38,401 bases of DNA, taken from contig JBMOLF010000023.1 in the NCBI GenBank assembly GCA_049325595.1, forward strand, positions 1 through 38,401, written 5' to 3'. Position numbers and translations under genes: made by a program. This DNA comes from Candidatus Babelota bacterium. Lineage in GTDB: Bacteria > Babelota > Babeliae > Babelales > Vermiphilaceae. Below are positions 28,611-38,401 of the stretch, piece by piece. Positions within the stretch are counted from its first letter, which is position 1, and each line of letters opens with the position of its first letter. Below the pieces are notes generated by a model. It saw only the letters and a list, made by a program, of their open reading frames with translations, was not told the DNA's origin and ran no database searches.

Positions 28611-30164
28611 TTAATTTTTAGATGAAAAAATATTTCGACACTCATTTACCGAGAGCTCTATCCAATCATTTGCTTGGGTTGCCTGAGCTGGGACTATCTG
28701 ATTTGTATTATTACTTTGTGTATTAACATCTCTTATTTCTGAGACATTATTCTTTGTTAATGTTTGTTTAATACACTTTTTAAAATGACTATTTAATAGC
28801 ATTTTATACTCATAATTTATTACTTTTTTCCCTGCATGAGAACAAAGTGGACACTCAAATAAGGCAGGATAGGAATGCCAGGCAATATGCTCACAAGCAC
28901 TGTTGGGATTTTTAAGAGATTTATTGCAATGCGAGCAGTTAATACGTTTTTGTCCATTTACAATCGCAGAGTGCTTTTCTTTTTGATGCATGCAAAATTC
29001 TTCCCAATTCATATTTTCCAAATCACAACAGGAATAGTGCTTAGAATTGATTCTTTTCTGAATAATGCCTGTAAGACTCAGCGAATTATAGGAAGAAGGT
29101 TGACTGGCATCAAACACATAATCCTCTATGGTGATTTTTGTTTTATGCGCAGAGCTACTCTTGGCGATTCTTAACGCTAATGGTGTATCTATTGCTGGTG
29201 AATCTGGACACGGAATAACCAATTCAGCAGATTCTTCTGGTTGCAATGAATCACTGTTTACTTGAGGCGTACTAATATTAGCATACAACATAGTAGTAAA
29301 TGGCGTTTGGGGAATACTTTTATTATTTTGATTATTAGTATGAATTTGATCTGCTACTTTCTCACTTGAAATTTCATGCGGCGAATTACTACTCATTTGT
29401 GGTGTGTTACTATTCCTATAGAGCATTTCAGTAAACGGGGTCATAGGAATCATCCCATTATTATTGTCAACGTCAATAACTTGATTTGCTGGTTTTTCAA
29501 TTGGCGTTGGTATTGAATTACTTTTCAAATGAGAAGTATTACTATTGGCATATAACATAGCAGTGAATGGCGTTTGTGGAGTATTCCCAGCACTATTACT
29601 GCTGTGAGAAAAATTATAAAATAAATTATTTTCAGTACGATTTGTGATTGGGCGTGTGCTAAGCAATGAATTATTTTCACGATATGCAGAAGCAACTGGT
29701 ATACTTAAAATATTAGGCTGAGAATAAATATTTGATGGATTTTGTTCAATAACGTCATTTTCAAGAAAATTACCACTCATTGTACAAACATGATCGATAA
29801 GACTTTGGCGTGACTTGTAGGCAACACCGCACAAAGAACAAGTAAAAATAGTTGAATCTCTGTGCTGCAAAAAACATTCAAGCGCTTTTGTAGAAGACCA
29901 ATAACGAATATTACAAAAATAGCACGCATATCTATCGATAACTTTGTGGCGACTACCTATGTGGTTTAATGCTACAGGCCAACAGCCTAGACTTATTCCA
30001 CAACAAACAATTGCTGCTATTTTTTTATCAACAATATTTTTTGGAGCATCATTGCCGTCTTCACTTAAATGATAATCAGAAATAGCTTGAGAAGAAAATT
30101 GATTTTTATGCATACCTAACAGATAGGTATTTATAAGCAATAGCCCAATTAATATTTTTTTCAT
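28611..30164 (-). CDS. Secreted C2H2-like zinc-finger protein, paralog 2
   Basis: Two zinc-finger clusters separated by an N/S/P/Q-rich linker. Start moved to MKKILIGLL (30164) because of the promoter position and signal peptide. Confidence 0.85.
   Translation of the reverse strand: MKKILIGLLLINTYLLGMHKNQFSSQAISDYHLSEDGNDAPKNIVDKKIAAIVCCGISLGCWPVALNHIGSRHKVIDRYACYFCNIRYWSSTKALECFLQHRDSTIFTCSLCGVAYKSRQSLIDHVCTMSGNFLENDVIEQNPSNIYSQPNILSIPVASAYRENNSLLSTRPITNRTENNLFYNFSHSSNSAGNTPQTPFTAMLYANSNTSHLKSNSIPTPIEKPANQVIDVDNNNGMIPMTPFTEMLYRNSNTPQMSSNSPHEISSEKVADQIHTNNQNNKSIPQTPFTTMLYANISTPQVNSDSLQPEESAELVIPCPDSPAIDTPLALRIAKSSSAHKTKITIEDYVFDASQPSSYNSLSLTGIIQKRINSKHYSCCDLENMNWEEFCMHQKEKHSAIVNGQKRINCSHCNKSLKNPNSACEHIAWHSYPALFECPLCSHAGKKVINYEYKMLLNSHFKKCIKQTLTKNNVSEIRDVNTQSNNTNQIVPAQATQANDWIELSVNECRNIFSSKN
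29260..29590 (-). repeat. Three intragenic peptide repeats P[QM]TPFT.MLY.N..T
   Basis: PQTPFTAMLYANSNT, PMTPFTEMLYRNSNTP, PQTPFTTMLYANISTP; one copy PMTPLTALLYANVQTP in 30309..32951 (~31800-31850). Confidence 0.85.
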
Positions 30165-30200
30165 AACACATTCCATTTGTTTTAATACTAAGTAATAAAA

Positions 30201-30228
30201 AGTATACCATGCAATACAATTATTCCAA
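30201..30228 (-). promoter_or_regulatory. Extended -10 promoter of zinc-finger gene 2
   Basis: TTGGAA-16 nt (ending TGG)-TATACT; same layout as 32992-33019. Confidence 0.6.
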
Positions 30229-30308
30229 TTATGCAATACATTAAAAATGCAAACAACTCAATCAAGACAAATCGTAACCTATCACTCGAAATATCGGAAT
30301 TACTTCTC

Positions 30309-32951
30309 TCACATAGTAAGAGAAGAGTAATGGTTACCAAATTGAATCGTAGAGTGGTATTCATCTACCGATTGATCTATCCAATTATCTATTTCAGGAC
30401 TAGCCTGTTGTATTTGATTCGTATTATTTACTTCAGGTAATTCAGCATTGCGCAGAGAAGAATTATTGATTGAAAATTCGCTATCGGTATTTTCATACGC
30501 TATTGGTTTGTATTTTGTTACAAAGCATTTTTTAAAATGTTTATATAAATTATCCTCGTACGGAAATTCAGTATATTTTTTTTCTGCTGCGCAAACCGGA
30601 CAGCTAAACAATTTAGGATGCTGATGATTAGCAATGTGCTGACAACCATCTCTAACATGTCTAAAAGATTTGTTACAAACCTTACAAGCTACACTTTTTT
30701 TACCTTTTTCTTTTATAAGATGCTTTTCTTTTTGATGTTGACAAAACCTTTCCCAATCAAGATTTTGCAGCTCGCAACACGAATAATAATTTGACTTTAA
30801 TCTTGTTGCAACTAACTTGCTAAGAACATTGAGGTTATTATCAATGGTATCTTTAGGATTAAAAACAAATCCCTCAAGTTCAATTGATTGCATCGCGTCA
30901 GAAGATGATTGATTTGTATTGTTTACCAAATATCTATCATTATTAAAATATTCTTCAGACTCGTATATATTTTTGTCTGTATTATTGATAGAAATATTGT
31001 CAATTACAGGTACCCCTAAATCAGATAGATTAAGAGGATTACTACCCTCTTCAGTCATTTCTAGTGGCTTAAGACCTTTAGAGCATTTTTCTAAATGACA
31101 GGTTAAAAAATATTCTGATCTATAGTTATTATTGCAAAATATGCAAACATATTTTTCTGAATTTGTTTTATTTTTCTTATTTTTCTTCATAAAACAACTT
31201 TTAAAGTGAGAGATTAAAAGTTCTCTATTATCTCGAGAATTATTTTTTGCGTCATCTTTTATGGGACAATTAAATAAATTAGAATGCGTGTGCCAGGCAA
31301 TATGGTCATACCCCCACGAATTACTAGAAGTAACTACCTCACACATTGGACAAATAACTTTATTTTTATCTACCTTGTCACGATGGGCAACTCTTGTATG
31401 TTTACGAAGTTGTTCCCACGTCAAATTATCAATACCACAACAGGAATATAACTTTTTTATTATTCTTTGCGCGATAAGTTTTTTTAAAATTTCAACATTA
31501 TCGTTAATAGGAAGTTTCTTATTAAATTCAAAATTTTCTAGTATCACAACTTGATCTTTGTCTTCTATATTCACTATAGCACGAGGAAGCTTAAAAACGG
31601 ACATCATAGATTTTTGATGATCACGATGGATAACTTGTGGCGAGTTAGTTGCTAAATTAGGATAACTAGCTGTTAAAGAATTTTGATTATTATATAAATT
31701 TTCTGGTGGGGACGATGATAAGTAATTATTGCTGTTTGGAGCAATAATATTTGTATGTTGTGAAGAATAATCTAATGGCGTTTTATTAAATTGATCACTA
31801 TTAGGCGTTTGAACATTTGCATACAACAATGCAGTAAGAGGTGTCATAGGTTGTTGCATTGGTGTGTAAGGTACCTGATTTTCATTTATAAATGACTCAT
31901 TTTCATTGGTATAAAACTGATAAGACTGGGGTGTTTGATAATAAGGTGAATTACCATAATTATAATATGAACTATTTAAATTATAATTTGGTTCAGGTTC
32001 CTGATATGGATAATTTGCATTGTTAATTACATTGGTATTATTTGTTTGGTAATTGTTTGAGTAATATACCGGTGTAACTGGTTCAATTTGTCCAAGCGGT
32101 TGTTGCTGGTCTAAATTATTACAACTATGGCTTAGAAAATTTTGATGAGTTGCACAATCAACATTACAAAAAGAACAAGTAAAAATAGTTGAATCACCAT
32201 GTTTTAAAAAACATTCAAGAGCTTTTTCGGATGTTTCATAGCACGTACGGCATACATTACAAATATAGGCCTTTGCTCTTTTTTTATGTTGGCTTGCAAT
32301 GTGATTAAGCGCGGTAGTCCAATTACCAAGATTAATACCGCAACAATTAATCGCTGCTATTTTCTGATTAAGAATATTTTTTGCAAAATCATCATCTATA
32401 TCAATTATTTCATAAACAGGGCTAATTATTTTGGTAGTTTTGGAACAGTTATCACTATGTTTTTGGTAGGATCTAAATGTGTCATGTTTACTAGCACATT
32501 GTTCGCACGTGAAAATATTTTGATTAAAATGCAACAAAAAACAACTTGCTGCGCTGGGAGCTTGAGAAAAATTTTTATTACAAAACGGACACATGAATTT
32601 GTTATTTTCTTGTACATCTTGGATGTAATTGATAATTCCAAACCAACTAGTAAATGGTTGTCTTATACCAGCAACTTGACTGTTTTTTAAAGCAACTATT
32701 TTTTTATTTAATTGTATTATCTCTTTTGAATTGCGATAACCACGCGGAGTATTAGTATTTTCATTGACTATATTTAATTCCTGATTTTTTCGGGTAAAGA
32801 TTTCTTCTATTGAATTATCATTATCAGAATCAATTATTACAGTCTCTTGAATTCTTTGATCAGGATAAATCTGAGAAAAACTTCCCTGATCTAGTTGCAT
32901 TGCAAAAAATTGAATATTTATAAACAATAAAGCAATTAATACTCTTTTCAT
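30309..32951 (-). CDS. Secreted multi C2H2-like zinc-finger protein, paralog 1 (880 aa)
   Basis: Signal MKRVLIALLFINIQFFA-M; four zinc-finger clusters (e.g. CPFC, CEQC, CC..W..H...H, CNVC, CPMC, CKVC, CPVC); N/Y/Q/P-rich region; basic KKNKKNK patch. Confidence 0.87.
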   Translation of the reverse strand: MKRVLIALLFINIQFFAMQLDQGSFSQIYPDQRIQETVIIDSDNDNSIEEIFTRKNQELNIVNENTNTPRGYRNSKEIIQLNKKIVALKNSQVAGIRQPFTSWFGIINYIQDVQENNKFMCPFCNKNFSQAPSAASCFLLHFNQNIFTCEQCASKHDTFRSYQKHSDNCSKTTKIISPVYEIIDIDDDFAKNILNQKIAAINCCGINLGNWTTALNHIASQHKKRAKAYICNVCRTCYETSEKALECFLKHGDSTIFTCSFCNVDCATHQNFLSHSCNNLDQQQPLGQIEPVTPVYYSNNYQTNNTNVINNANYPYQEPEPNYNLNSSYYNYGNSPYYQTPQSYQFYTNENESFINENQVPYTPMQQPMTPLTALLYANVQTPNSDQFNKTPLDYSSQHTNIIAPNSNNYLSSSPPENLYNNQNSLTASYPNLATNSPQVIHRDHQKSMMSVFKLPRAIVNIEDKDQVVILENFEFNKKLPINDNVEILKKLIAQRIIKKLYSCCGIDNLTWEQLRKHTRVAHRDKVDKNKVICPMCEVVTSSNSWGYDHIAWHTHSNLFNCPIKDDAKNNSRDNRELLISHFKSCFMKKNKKNKTNSEKYVCIFCNNNYRSEYFLTCHLEKCSKGLKPLEMTEEGSNPLNLSDLGVPVIDNISINNTDKNIYESEEYFNNDRYLVNNTNQSSSDAMQSIELEGFVFNPKDTIDNNLNVLSKLVATRLKSNYYSCCELQNLDWERFCQHQKEKHLIKEKGKKSVACKVCNKSFRHVRDGCQHIANHQHPKLFSCPVCAAEKKYTEFPYEDNLYKHFKKCFVTKYKPIAYENTDSEFSINNSSLRNAELPEVNNTNQIQQASPEIDNWIDQSVDEYHSTIQFGNHYSSLTM

Positions 32952-32991
32952 GAACTCACTCCATTTTTTTGATCTAAAACTTGTACAAAAT

Positions 32992-33019
32992 AGTATACCA
33001 AGTCGATTTTTTATTTCAA
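32992..33019 (-). promoter_or_regulatory. Extended -10 promoter of zinc-finger gene 1
   Basis: TTGAAA-16 nt (ending TGG)-TATACT. Confidence 0.6.
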
Positions 33020-33153
33020 GTAGAATAATTTTGAGATGGCTTGATATTCAGTTTAGGCAGATAATTATAACATAACCAACTGTTATTAAATTTTTAGATA
33101 TCCAGTTATCATAGACAATAGTTTAAACGAAAAGGAAATACGGAAAAGCAACA

Positions 33154-33219
33154 TTAAGTTAAATAAAAACCTTCAATAATCATTAAAATAGAATCCGCTG
33201 ATTATTGAAGGCAACTTAA
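33154..33219 (-). terminator. Terminator after the collagen-like gene cluster
   Basis: 13-bp stem ccttcaataatca/tgattattgaagg with a U-rich tail on the minus strand. Confidence 0.7.
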
Positions 33220-33222
33220 ATT

Positions 33223-34092
33223 TTAAATACGTTTATATTTTAGCGATAGGCTAATTAAAAAAAAGGGGCCTCCATATTCATTAGTTGATGGAGCCGTTCT
33301 GCTAATGGTAACAAATGCAAGTGCTCCCCCGGTTAAACCTGTAGTTGATAAGGGAATTTCTACTTCTAAGGCTAGATTTTCATTTTCAGCCACACTATGT
33401 GGCACCGCTATATCTCCACTTAAAATATTCGGTTGAGCGTACGATGTACCAATTGTTCCATTTGGCGCCACAAAATCAACATTCACTCGTAATTGAATGA
33501 AATCTTGTTCCGATGGCGCTGTAGTTGATGCAACAGCACCATGAACTACTAGAACAGGAGCATAGTTAGTATCAATATTAGTTGGCACATTGAAAGTTAT
33601 CGACACTGGTGAATCTGGCGATGAGGGATTAAGTATTGCAGTCGTTAATCGTGTACTGGTTTCTGTTGCATTAAACAACAATAAAGACTCTGTTTGATAA
33701 TTCATATCGAGAGTATTAAAAATTAGTATGTCAGTTACTCCTTGACCAGTAGGACCTTGGGGTCCATTGGCACCAGTATTCCCTGTATAACCCGTAGGAC
33801 CGGTAAATCCTGTATAACCGGTATCTCCAAACATTCCTCTTGGCCCTGTTATGCCAGTAATTCCAGTAAATCCCGTAGCCCCAGTAAAACCAGTGTTTCC
33901 TCTTAATGCACTAGATAATAATTGATTATTAAATCCTTGTGCAAATAATTGACCATGAATAATTAAATGATTTACTGCCATTTGATTTACACATGCATTA
34001 TATGTTTGAAGACAATCCATTTTTTTTATTTTGTATATTTTGGCATAACAAAGCATATTACATATAAGTAATAATAATATTTTTTTTATCAT
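33223..34092 (-). CDS. Secreted collagen-like protein with a C-terminal beta-rich head
   Basis: Signal peptide, uninterrupted Gly-X-Y run rich in GxT (GNT, GFT, GPT), C-terminal domain ending SLKYKRI. Confidence 0.9.
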   Translation of the reverse strand: MIKKILLLLICNMLCYAKIYKIKKMDCLQTYNACVNQMAVNHLIIHGQLFAQGFNNQLLSSALRGNTGFTGATGFTGITGITGPRGMFGDTGYTGFTGPTGYTGNTGANGPQGPTGQGVTDILIFNTLDMNYQTESLLLFNATETSTRLTTAILNPSSPDSPVSITFNVPTNIDTNYAPVLVVHGAVASTTAPSEQDFIQLRVNVDFVAPNGTIGTSYAQPNILSGDIAVPHSVAENENLALEVEIPLSTTGLTGGALAFVTISRTAPSTNEYGGPFFLISLSLKYKRI

Positions 34093-34093
34093 A

Positions 34094-35011
34094 TCAAACC
34101 TTGCTATATTTAATGCTTGGTGAGGTTAAGAGTACCGTAGCCGAAAAAGAGGGGGAGACAAGAGGTTCAATTCTTTTAACCGTCAAAATAGCCAATTTTC
34201 CTGGTGTTAAAGGAACTGGTTGATTTACGGTAATTGTTATTAAGGTAGTTTCTATTCTACTACTTGCAGGAAGATTTACGTCTTCCGTTTGATATTCATT
34301 TACCGTATCATTTATAATGGCGCCATCATTAAAACTTCCTAATTGTACTATGAAACGAACATTTCCAGGATTAAGAGCTGGACTAAATATTAGAGGGAAT
34401 TGCAATGTAATTGGCTGATTGACATCTAGAAATTCAGGAATTTTAAATGTTAGTACAACCGCTTGCGAGCCAAAGTCACTAAAACCTTCCACCATTCTCC
34501 AGCAAAGAATCCTCTGGGAAACAATCGGAATAAATGGTGCAACAGTTATTGCATCGTTCGGACCATTTATTTGATTTGGACTATCATACCGAGTTGTTTG
34601 TCCTGGAATGAAATTTAGTACATCGGTCCCACCCGATTCAGCATCTGGTCCGGTAAACCCGGTAAACCCCGTGAACCCTGTGTTACCTTGAATGCCTCGG
34701 TCGCCAGTAAAACCTCTAGCGCCTTGTGGACCAGTATTTCCGGTATTGCCTGTTATTCCTTGATTACCTTCTGCTCCGGTAAAACCAGTTGGTCCAGTAG
34801 CCCCTGTTTGAGTAGTGTCAGAATAAATGTTAGAAATCGTGTGTGTCGAAATTAATCCATTAACAGTTACGTTGCCTAAAACTTGGGCATATTGTTTTAC
34901 TTTGGCAACATTTGTTGTCAATGATTGAGAAATATATAATTTTTTATATTTAGCTAAACATGTAGCGGTAAGCAACATACCTAATAAAATATATCGTGAA
35001 CTATACATCAT
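34094..35011 (-). CDS. Secreted collagen-like protein with a C-terminal beta-rich head
   Basis: Signal peptide, Gly-X-Y run, LTFKIP..LDV.QP head motif, ends SIKYSKV. Confidence 0.9.
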   Translation of the reverse strand: MMYSSRYILLGMLLTATCLAKYKKLYISQSLTTNVAKVKQYAQVLGNVTVNGLISTHTISNIYSDTTQTGATGPTGFTGAEGNQGITGNTGNTGPQGARGFTGDRGIQGNTGFTGFTGFTGPDAESGGTDVLNFIPGQTTRYDSPNQINGPNDAITVAPFIPIVSQRILCWRMVEGFSDFGSQAVVLTFKIPEFLDVNQPITLQFPLIFSPALNPGNVRFIVQLGSFNDGAIINDTVNEYQTEDVNLPASSRIETTLITITVNQPVPLTPGKLAILTVKRIEPLVSPSFSATVLLTSPSIKYSKV

Positions 35012-35019
35012 AAAAATCC

Positions 35020-35856
35020 TTATGATTTTGCATACCTAAATTCAACTGATGCAAGATAAACTGGTGATGAAAATTCATTATTAGGAGGTGTTGCAGCAAC
35101 ACGATTAATTTCAATTACTCCTAAAGTATTTGGTGCAGCAAAATTACTATCCGAAATAGGAACAGAAATTACAATATGTTGCGCACTTGGCCCCGGTGTA
35201 ATCAAAACATCAGAAACGGTGGCATTGTTTATACTCCAATCATCGCCCAGGTAAGTATATGTTACGGTAAATCCAACATAGCCCGCATCTGCAGGATTGC
35301 CAGCAAGAACAATTAAATGAATATCAACTGTTTTTGTTGCAAAAGTATTAATATTGCTTGGAGACGTAAATGAATAAATTTGATAGTTGCCAACAGTAAA
35401 TGACTGCACATTAAAAGTGCCACCTGCCGTATATAAATTGGTAACAGTGGTAGTAGGAAATTGGTTTGGACCTCCAGCTGTAAATACATATGAATCAACG
35501 CTAGAAACAATTGATGCCCCTACAGGCCCACGTAATCCTACTGCACCTATTGCTCCTTGAGCACCAACACCACCAACACCTCCACTATTGCCAGTGAACC
35601 CAGTAAATCCGGTTTCCCCTTGTATCCCGGTATCTCCAGTAGTACCTTGTGCTCCTTGATTGCCTTCAGCACCGATACTTTGCGATCCCGAAGAACACAT
35701 CAATATAGTATTTGCACACAAATTATGCACTACCAAATCATTGCACACTCTTAATTTACATGCATCAATACATGATGCCTTAATGCAATTTATTTTTTTT
35801 ATTTTACCTAATAAACAGGGGGTTAAAAAAAGTAAAAAAAATGTTATTCGTCTCAT
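35020..35856 (-). CDS. Secreted collagen-like protein with a C-terminal beta-rich head
   Basis: Signal peptide, Cys-rich N-region, Gly-X-Y run, ends SVEFRYAKS. Confidence 0.9.
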   Translation of the reverse strand: MRRITFFLLFLTPCLLGKIKKINCIKASCIDACKLRVCNDLVVHNLCANTILMCSSGSQSIGAEGNQGAQGTTGDTGIQGETGFTGFTGNSGGVGGVGAQGAIGAVGLRGPVGASIVSSVDSYVFTAGGPNQFPTTTVTNLYTAGGTFNVQSFTVGNYQIYSFTSPSNINTFATKTVDIHLIVLAGNPADAGYVGFTVTYTYLGDDWSINNATVSDVLITPGPSAQHIVISVPISDSNFAAPNTLGVIEINRVAATPPNNEFSSPVYLASVEFRYAKS

Positions 35857-35955
35857 TACTATTCCTTGAAGTAATTTATTTATTTACTTTAAAAAAAATA
35901 ACCAACTCAAAACAAGTTTTGGGTCAACAATAATTTAATTATTTTATAAATGATA

Positions 35956-35981
35956 AAGGACTGGCAAAGAATCCAGTCCTT
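35956..35981 (-). terminator. Terminator-like hairpin after the pseudogene
   Basis: aaggactgg/ccagtcctt 9-bp stem with a T-rich tail on the minus strand. Confidence 0.7.
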
Positions 35982-35994
35982 AATTAGAAATTTG

Positions 35995-36460
35995 TTATAT
36001 ACGTTTATAGGTCAATGCAACACTGACTGTCAAAAGTACCAGTAAATTCACTTCCGATAGGTAGAATGCGATTTATTGAAATAAGTGCCATGCAGCTTGA
36101 CTCAACCCCGCTGTTGTTAATTGCACCAGGTATATTCATTGCAAGAGCATTTACAATAATTGATGCCGGTACCGGCATATCCCTGTGGTAATTGTTTGGT
36201 TGTAGCTTATGTTACCACTGGAGCAAATCCTGCGTTTATCTCAAGATTAATAAATTGATCTTGTGTAATACCATTAGCAGCTGCATGAATAGTTAAAATT
36301 GGTGGGTATAAGATATGTCTATGTTATCTGGTAAATTAAACAGTATAGATACTGAAGTACTAGCACTAGAAATTGGCAATGCTGAGATAGTAATTCGATT
36401 AGGCGGAAGTTCTGGTAAAGCCCAACAGATGTTGGAGCTTTTATCGTAACTGAATAGCAT
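35995..36460 (-). pseudogene. Frameshifted remnant of the collagen-like protein head domain
   Basis: Fragments in different frames (SVSILFNLPDNIDIS, PPILTIHAAANGITQDQFINLEINAGFAP, ALISINRILPIGSEFTGTF, VSVALTYKRI*) align with the heads of 33223..34092 and 36463..37350. No signal peptide or Gly-X-Y run remains. Confidence 0.85.
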
Positions 36461-36462
36461 TA

Positions 36463-37350
36463 CTAAATAGTTCTATATAGCAATGAATAAGAAATCAATT
36501 TAATAGATCCTGCCCACTCAGTTTGGCCGCTAGCAATTCTATTTATAGTAACAATCATAAGAGCTTCTGGAGTTACACCAACCGTAGTAAGAGGAAATGT
36601 TACATGAAATTCTGCATCAATACCCAATTGACCGCTAAATGGAACTGCAATGGCGCCAGAATTAATATTCGGTTGACTGTAGGAACCCCCAACAATACCT
36701 CCTCCTGTTGGAACAAAATCAACATCTGCTTGCACTTGCACGAACCCTTGCCCAGCTGCGGTGGTTGATACGGTAAAATGCGCCACCAAAGACATTGGTT
36801 GACTCACATCTAAATTGCTTGGCAAATTGAACATTAAGGTAATTGGTCCATTTGGATTTGGCACACCAGTCAATGAACCACCTTCTACAAAATCTGCACC
36901 GGTAACACTGTAAATACCGACAGCCCCAGGAAGAAAAATATCTTCTAAAACTGCATCTGCATCATAGATATTAAAAATTAAAGAATCCTGCAAGGTTAAT
37001 CCAGTACTACCAGTAATTCCTGCTGGTCCTGTATTACCTTGCGCTCCCGCAGCACCAGTATTACCAGTTAAACCCATAGGCCCTAATGCTCCGTTAGCAC
37101 CGATATTTCCAGTCGGGCCAGTAAAGCCGGTGAATCCCGTAGCGCCTGTATTACCCGTATTACCAGTTAATGAAAATATCACACTGGGATTATTCAAGGG
37201 AGGCAAAGTAATACCACATACTGCACCTTGTACTATAAGATTGTTTACTTTCATCGCTCGAGTGCACAAATTTTTTTTAACAACCGTAAGATTATTTACT
37301 GCATGCAAATTAGTTATGGATAAAATAAACAAGCTAAGACTTTTTTTCAT
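36463..37350 (-). CDS. Secreted collagen-like protein with a C-terminal beta-rich head
   Basis: Signal peptide, Gly-X-Y run, [14 protein letters not shown] head motif, ends SLLYRTI. Confidence 0.9.
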   Translation of the reverse strand: MKKSLSLFILSITNLHAVNNLTVVKKNLCTRAMKVNNLIVQGAVCGITLPPLNNPSVIFSLTGNTGNTGATGFTGFTGPTGNIGANGALGPMGLTGNTGAAGAQGNTGPAGITGSTGLTLQDSLIFNIYDADAVLEDIFLPGAVGIYSVTGADFVEGGSLTGVPNPNGPITLMFNLPSNLDVSQPMSLVAHFTVSTTAAGQGFVQVQADVDFVPTGGGIVGGSYSQPNINSGAIAVPFSGQLGIDAEFHVTFPLTTVGVTPEALMIVTINRIASGQTEWAGSIKLISYSLLYRTI

Positions 37351-38267
37351 ACTTGAACTCGCGCATATTTAAAATTAACACCGATTAAGTTAACAATTAC
37401 TTGTGCTTCATTAGAAGGTACTGAAGTAGGAATTCTGATAAATCCTAACACTAAATAATTTCCCGGTACTGCATCCGTCAAAGTAAATGTCACTGAAGTT
37501 GTCTCTAATGTTAATCCTGCATTAGGAATTGGTGGCGCTATGGTAATATCGTTGGTAGTAGTTGCATGAAATAAAGGAAATATAAAAGGCTGTGCAGCCG
37601 TTGAAAAAGCTGCCCATTGTATTCCTAACTTAAAAGATCCTAATGCTGCAGAATTAATAAATGTTAAACCAAGAGTTACTGGTTGGGTAACATCCATATT
37701 TTCAGGTATTTTAAGCATGAGTGCTGCAAGTGCGTTACTTTCATCTGATGGCGGTAAGAAAATAGAACTAATATTAAAACCGGTTACGCTTGTTACTCCA
37801 ACAAAATTACCGGGTGTTAAGGGATTTTCAACCTCGTTATCAAACTGACCATCCCAAATAGACATTTGATTAGCTGAAAAACTAATAGCATTAGTTCCCG
37901 TTGCAGCAGATGGACCAGTCGGCCCAGTAAAACCGGTAAATCCTGTCGGACCTTGAGGGCCGGCGTTACCAGTTTCTCCTTGTGGCCCAGTAGGACCGGT
38001 ATTTCCCGTATTACCAGTTTCTCCTTGTGCTCCAATTGCACCATTATTGCCTGTGGGGCCGGTAAAACCAGTCGTCCCCGTAAATATACCAGTTAAGAAT
38101 ATAGGGTCAAACGGAATATCAATACTACAAATCGTATTGCAACCAGGCGCACACAAATCACCACAAATTATTGCATTTTTAACACATACTGCTTTTTTAA
38201 TTTTAAGAGAATTATAACACTTGTTGTCTTTAGCAGTAATCACAAACGAAGTTGTTAGTAATATCAC
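37347..38267 (-). CDS. Collagen-like protein with a C-terminal beta-rich head (start uncertain)
   Basis: Cys-rich N-region, Gly-X-Y run, [12 protein letters not shown] head motif; ATGA overlap with the next gene. GTG start; the nearest upstream ATG (38308) is out of frame. Confidence 0.85.
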   Translation of the reverse strand: MILLTTSFVITAKDNKCYNSLKIKKAVCVKNAIICGDLCAPGCNTICSIDIPFDPIFLTGIFTGTTGFTGPTGNNGAIGAQGETGNTGNTGPTGPQGETGNAGPQGPTGFTGFTGPTGPSAATGTNAISFSANQMSIWDGQFDNEVENPLTPGNFVGVTSVTGFNISSIFLPPSDESNALAALMLKIPENMDVTQPVTLGLTFINSAALGSFKLGIQWAAFSTAAQPFIFPLFHATTTNDITIAPPIPNAGLTLETTSVTFTLTDAVPGNYLVLGFIRIPTSVPSNEAQVIVNLIGVNFKYARVQV

Positions 38268-38401
38268 TATTTTAATTAGGTTCTGTGAACAAATTTTATC
38301 TGACCCATATTAAAGTTCCAACAAAATGAAGAAATGATAAATAAGATTGAGCAGATTTATCAAATCTGGAGAAAATTCTACGAAAATGCTTGATTTTGCC
38401 A

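Noticed and set aside
2164..38044. Numerous short antisense or alternate-frame ORFs inside long genes (e.g. 4855..5322, 14860..15222, 23103..23447, 32286..32690)
   Set aside because: Shadow ORFs of well-supported genes with no motifs or RBS.
38268..38312. Possible frameshifted 5' end of the last collagen gene (out-of-frame ATG at 38308)
   Set aside because: Cannot distinguish a real indel from a GTG/alternative start or a sequencing error without homologs or reads.

Overview
AT-rich bacterial window. Its content fits an intracellular protist-associated lineage, most likely Ca. Dependentiae/TM6 (Babelota); this is inferred from the tandem ATP/ADP-translocase genes and the many signal-peptide-bearing eukaryote-like proteins. 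The left part (~1-17.8 kb) is mostly housekeeping: tRNA-Ala(GGC), dsbD, hpf, der, dnaX, SRP RNA (ffs), tRNA-Ser(GGA), rpsB, two NTT/TLC nucleotide transporters, lon with a CIRCE-like operator, cmk and recJ. It also holds a shared palindromic element behind both tRNAs and two small Cys-rich envelope proteins that flank an unexplained array of three covarying ~75-80 nt RNA hairpins. The right part (~17.9-38.3 kb) is a single-strand (-) island of mostly secreted proteins: three paralogous 2-TM proteins, a signal-peptide AAA ATPase, an EndoU polymorphic toxin with three immunity-domain copies, a cPLA2-like phospholipase, three secreted multi-zinc-finger proteins resembling eukaryotic transcription factors, and five collagen-like proteins plus one pseudogene. 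Best candidates for novel biology are the hairpin array, the secreted zinc-finger family, and the toxin/AAA module with near-duplicate promoters. No database searches were run; family calls rest on motifs read from the sequence.
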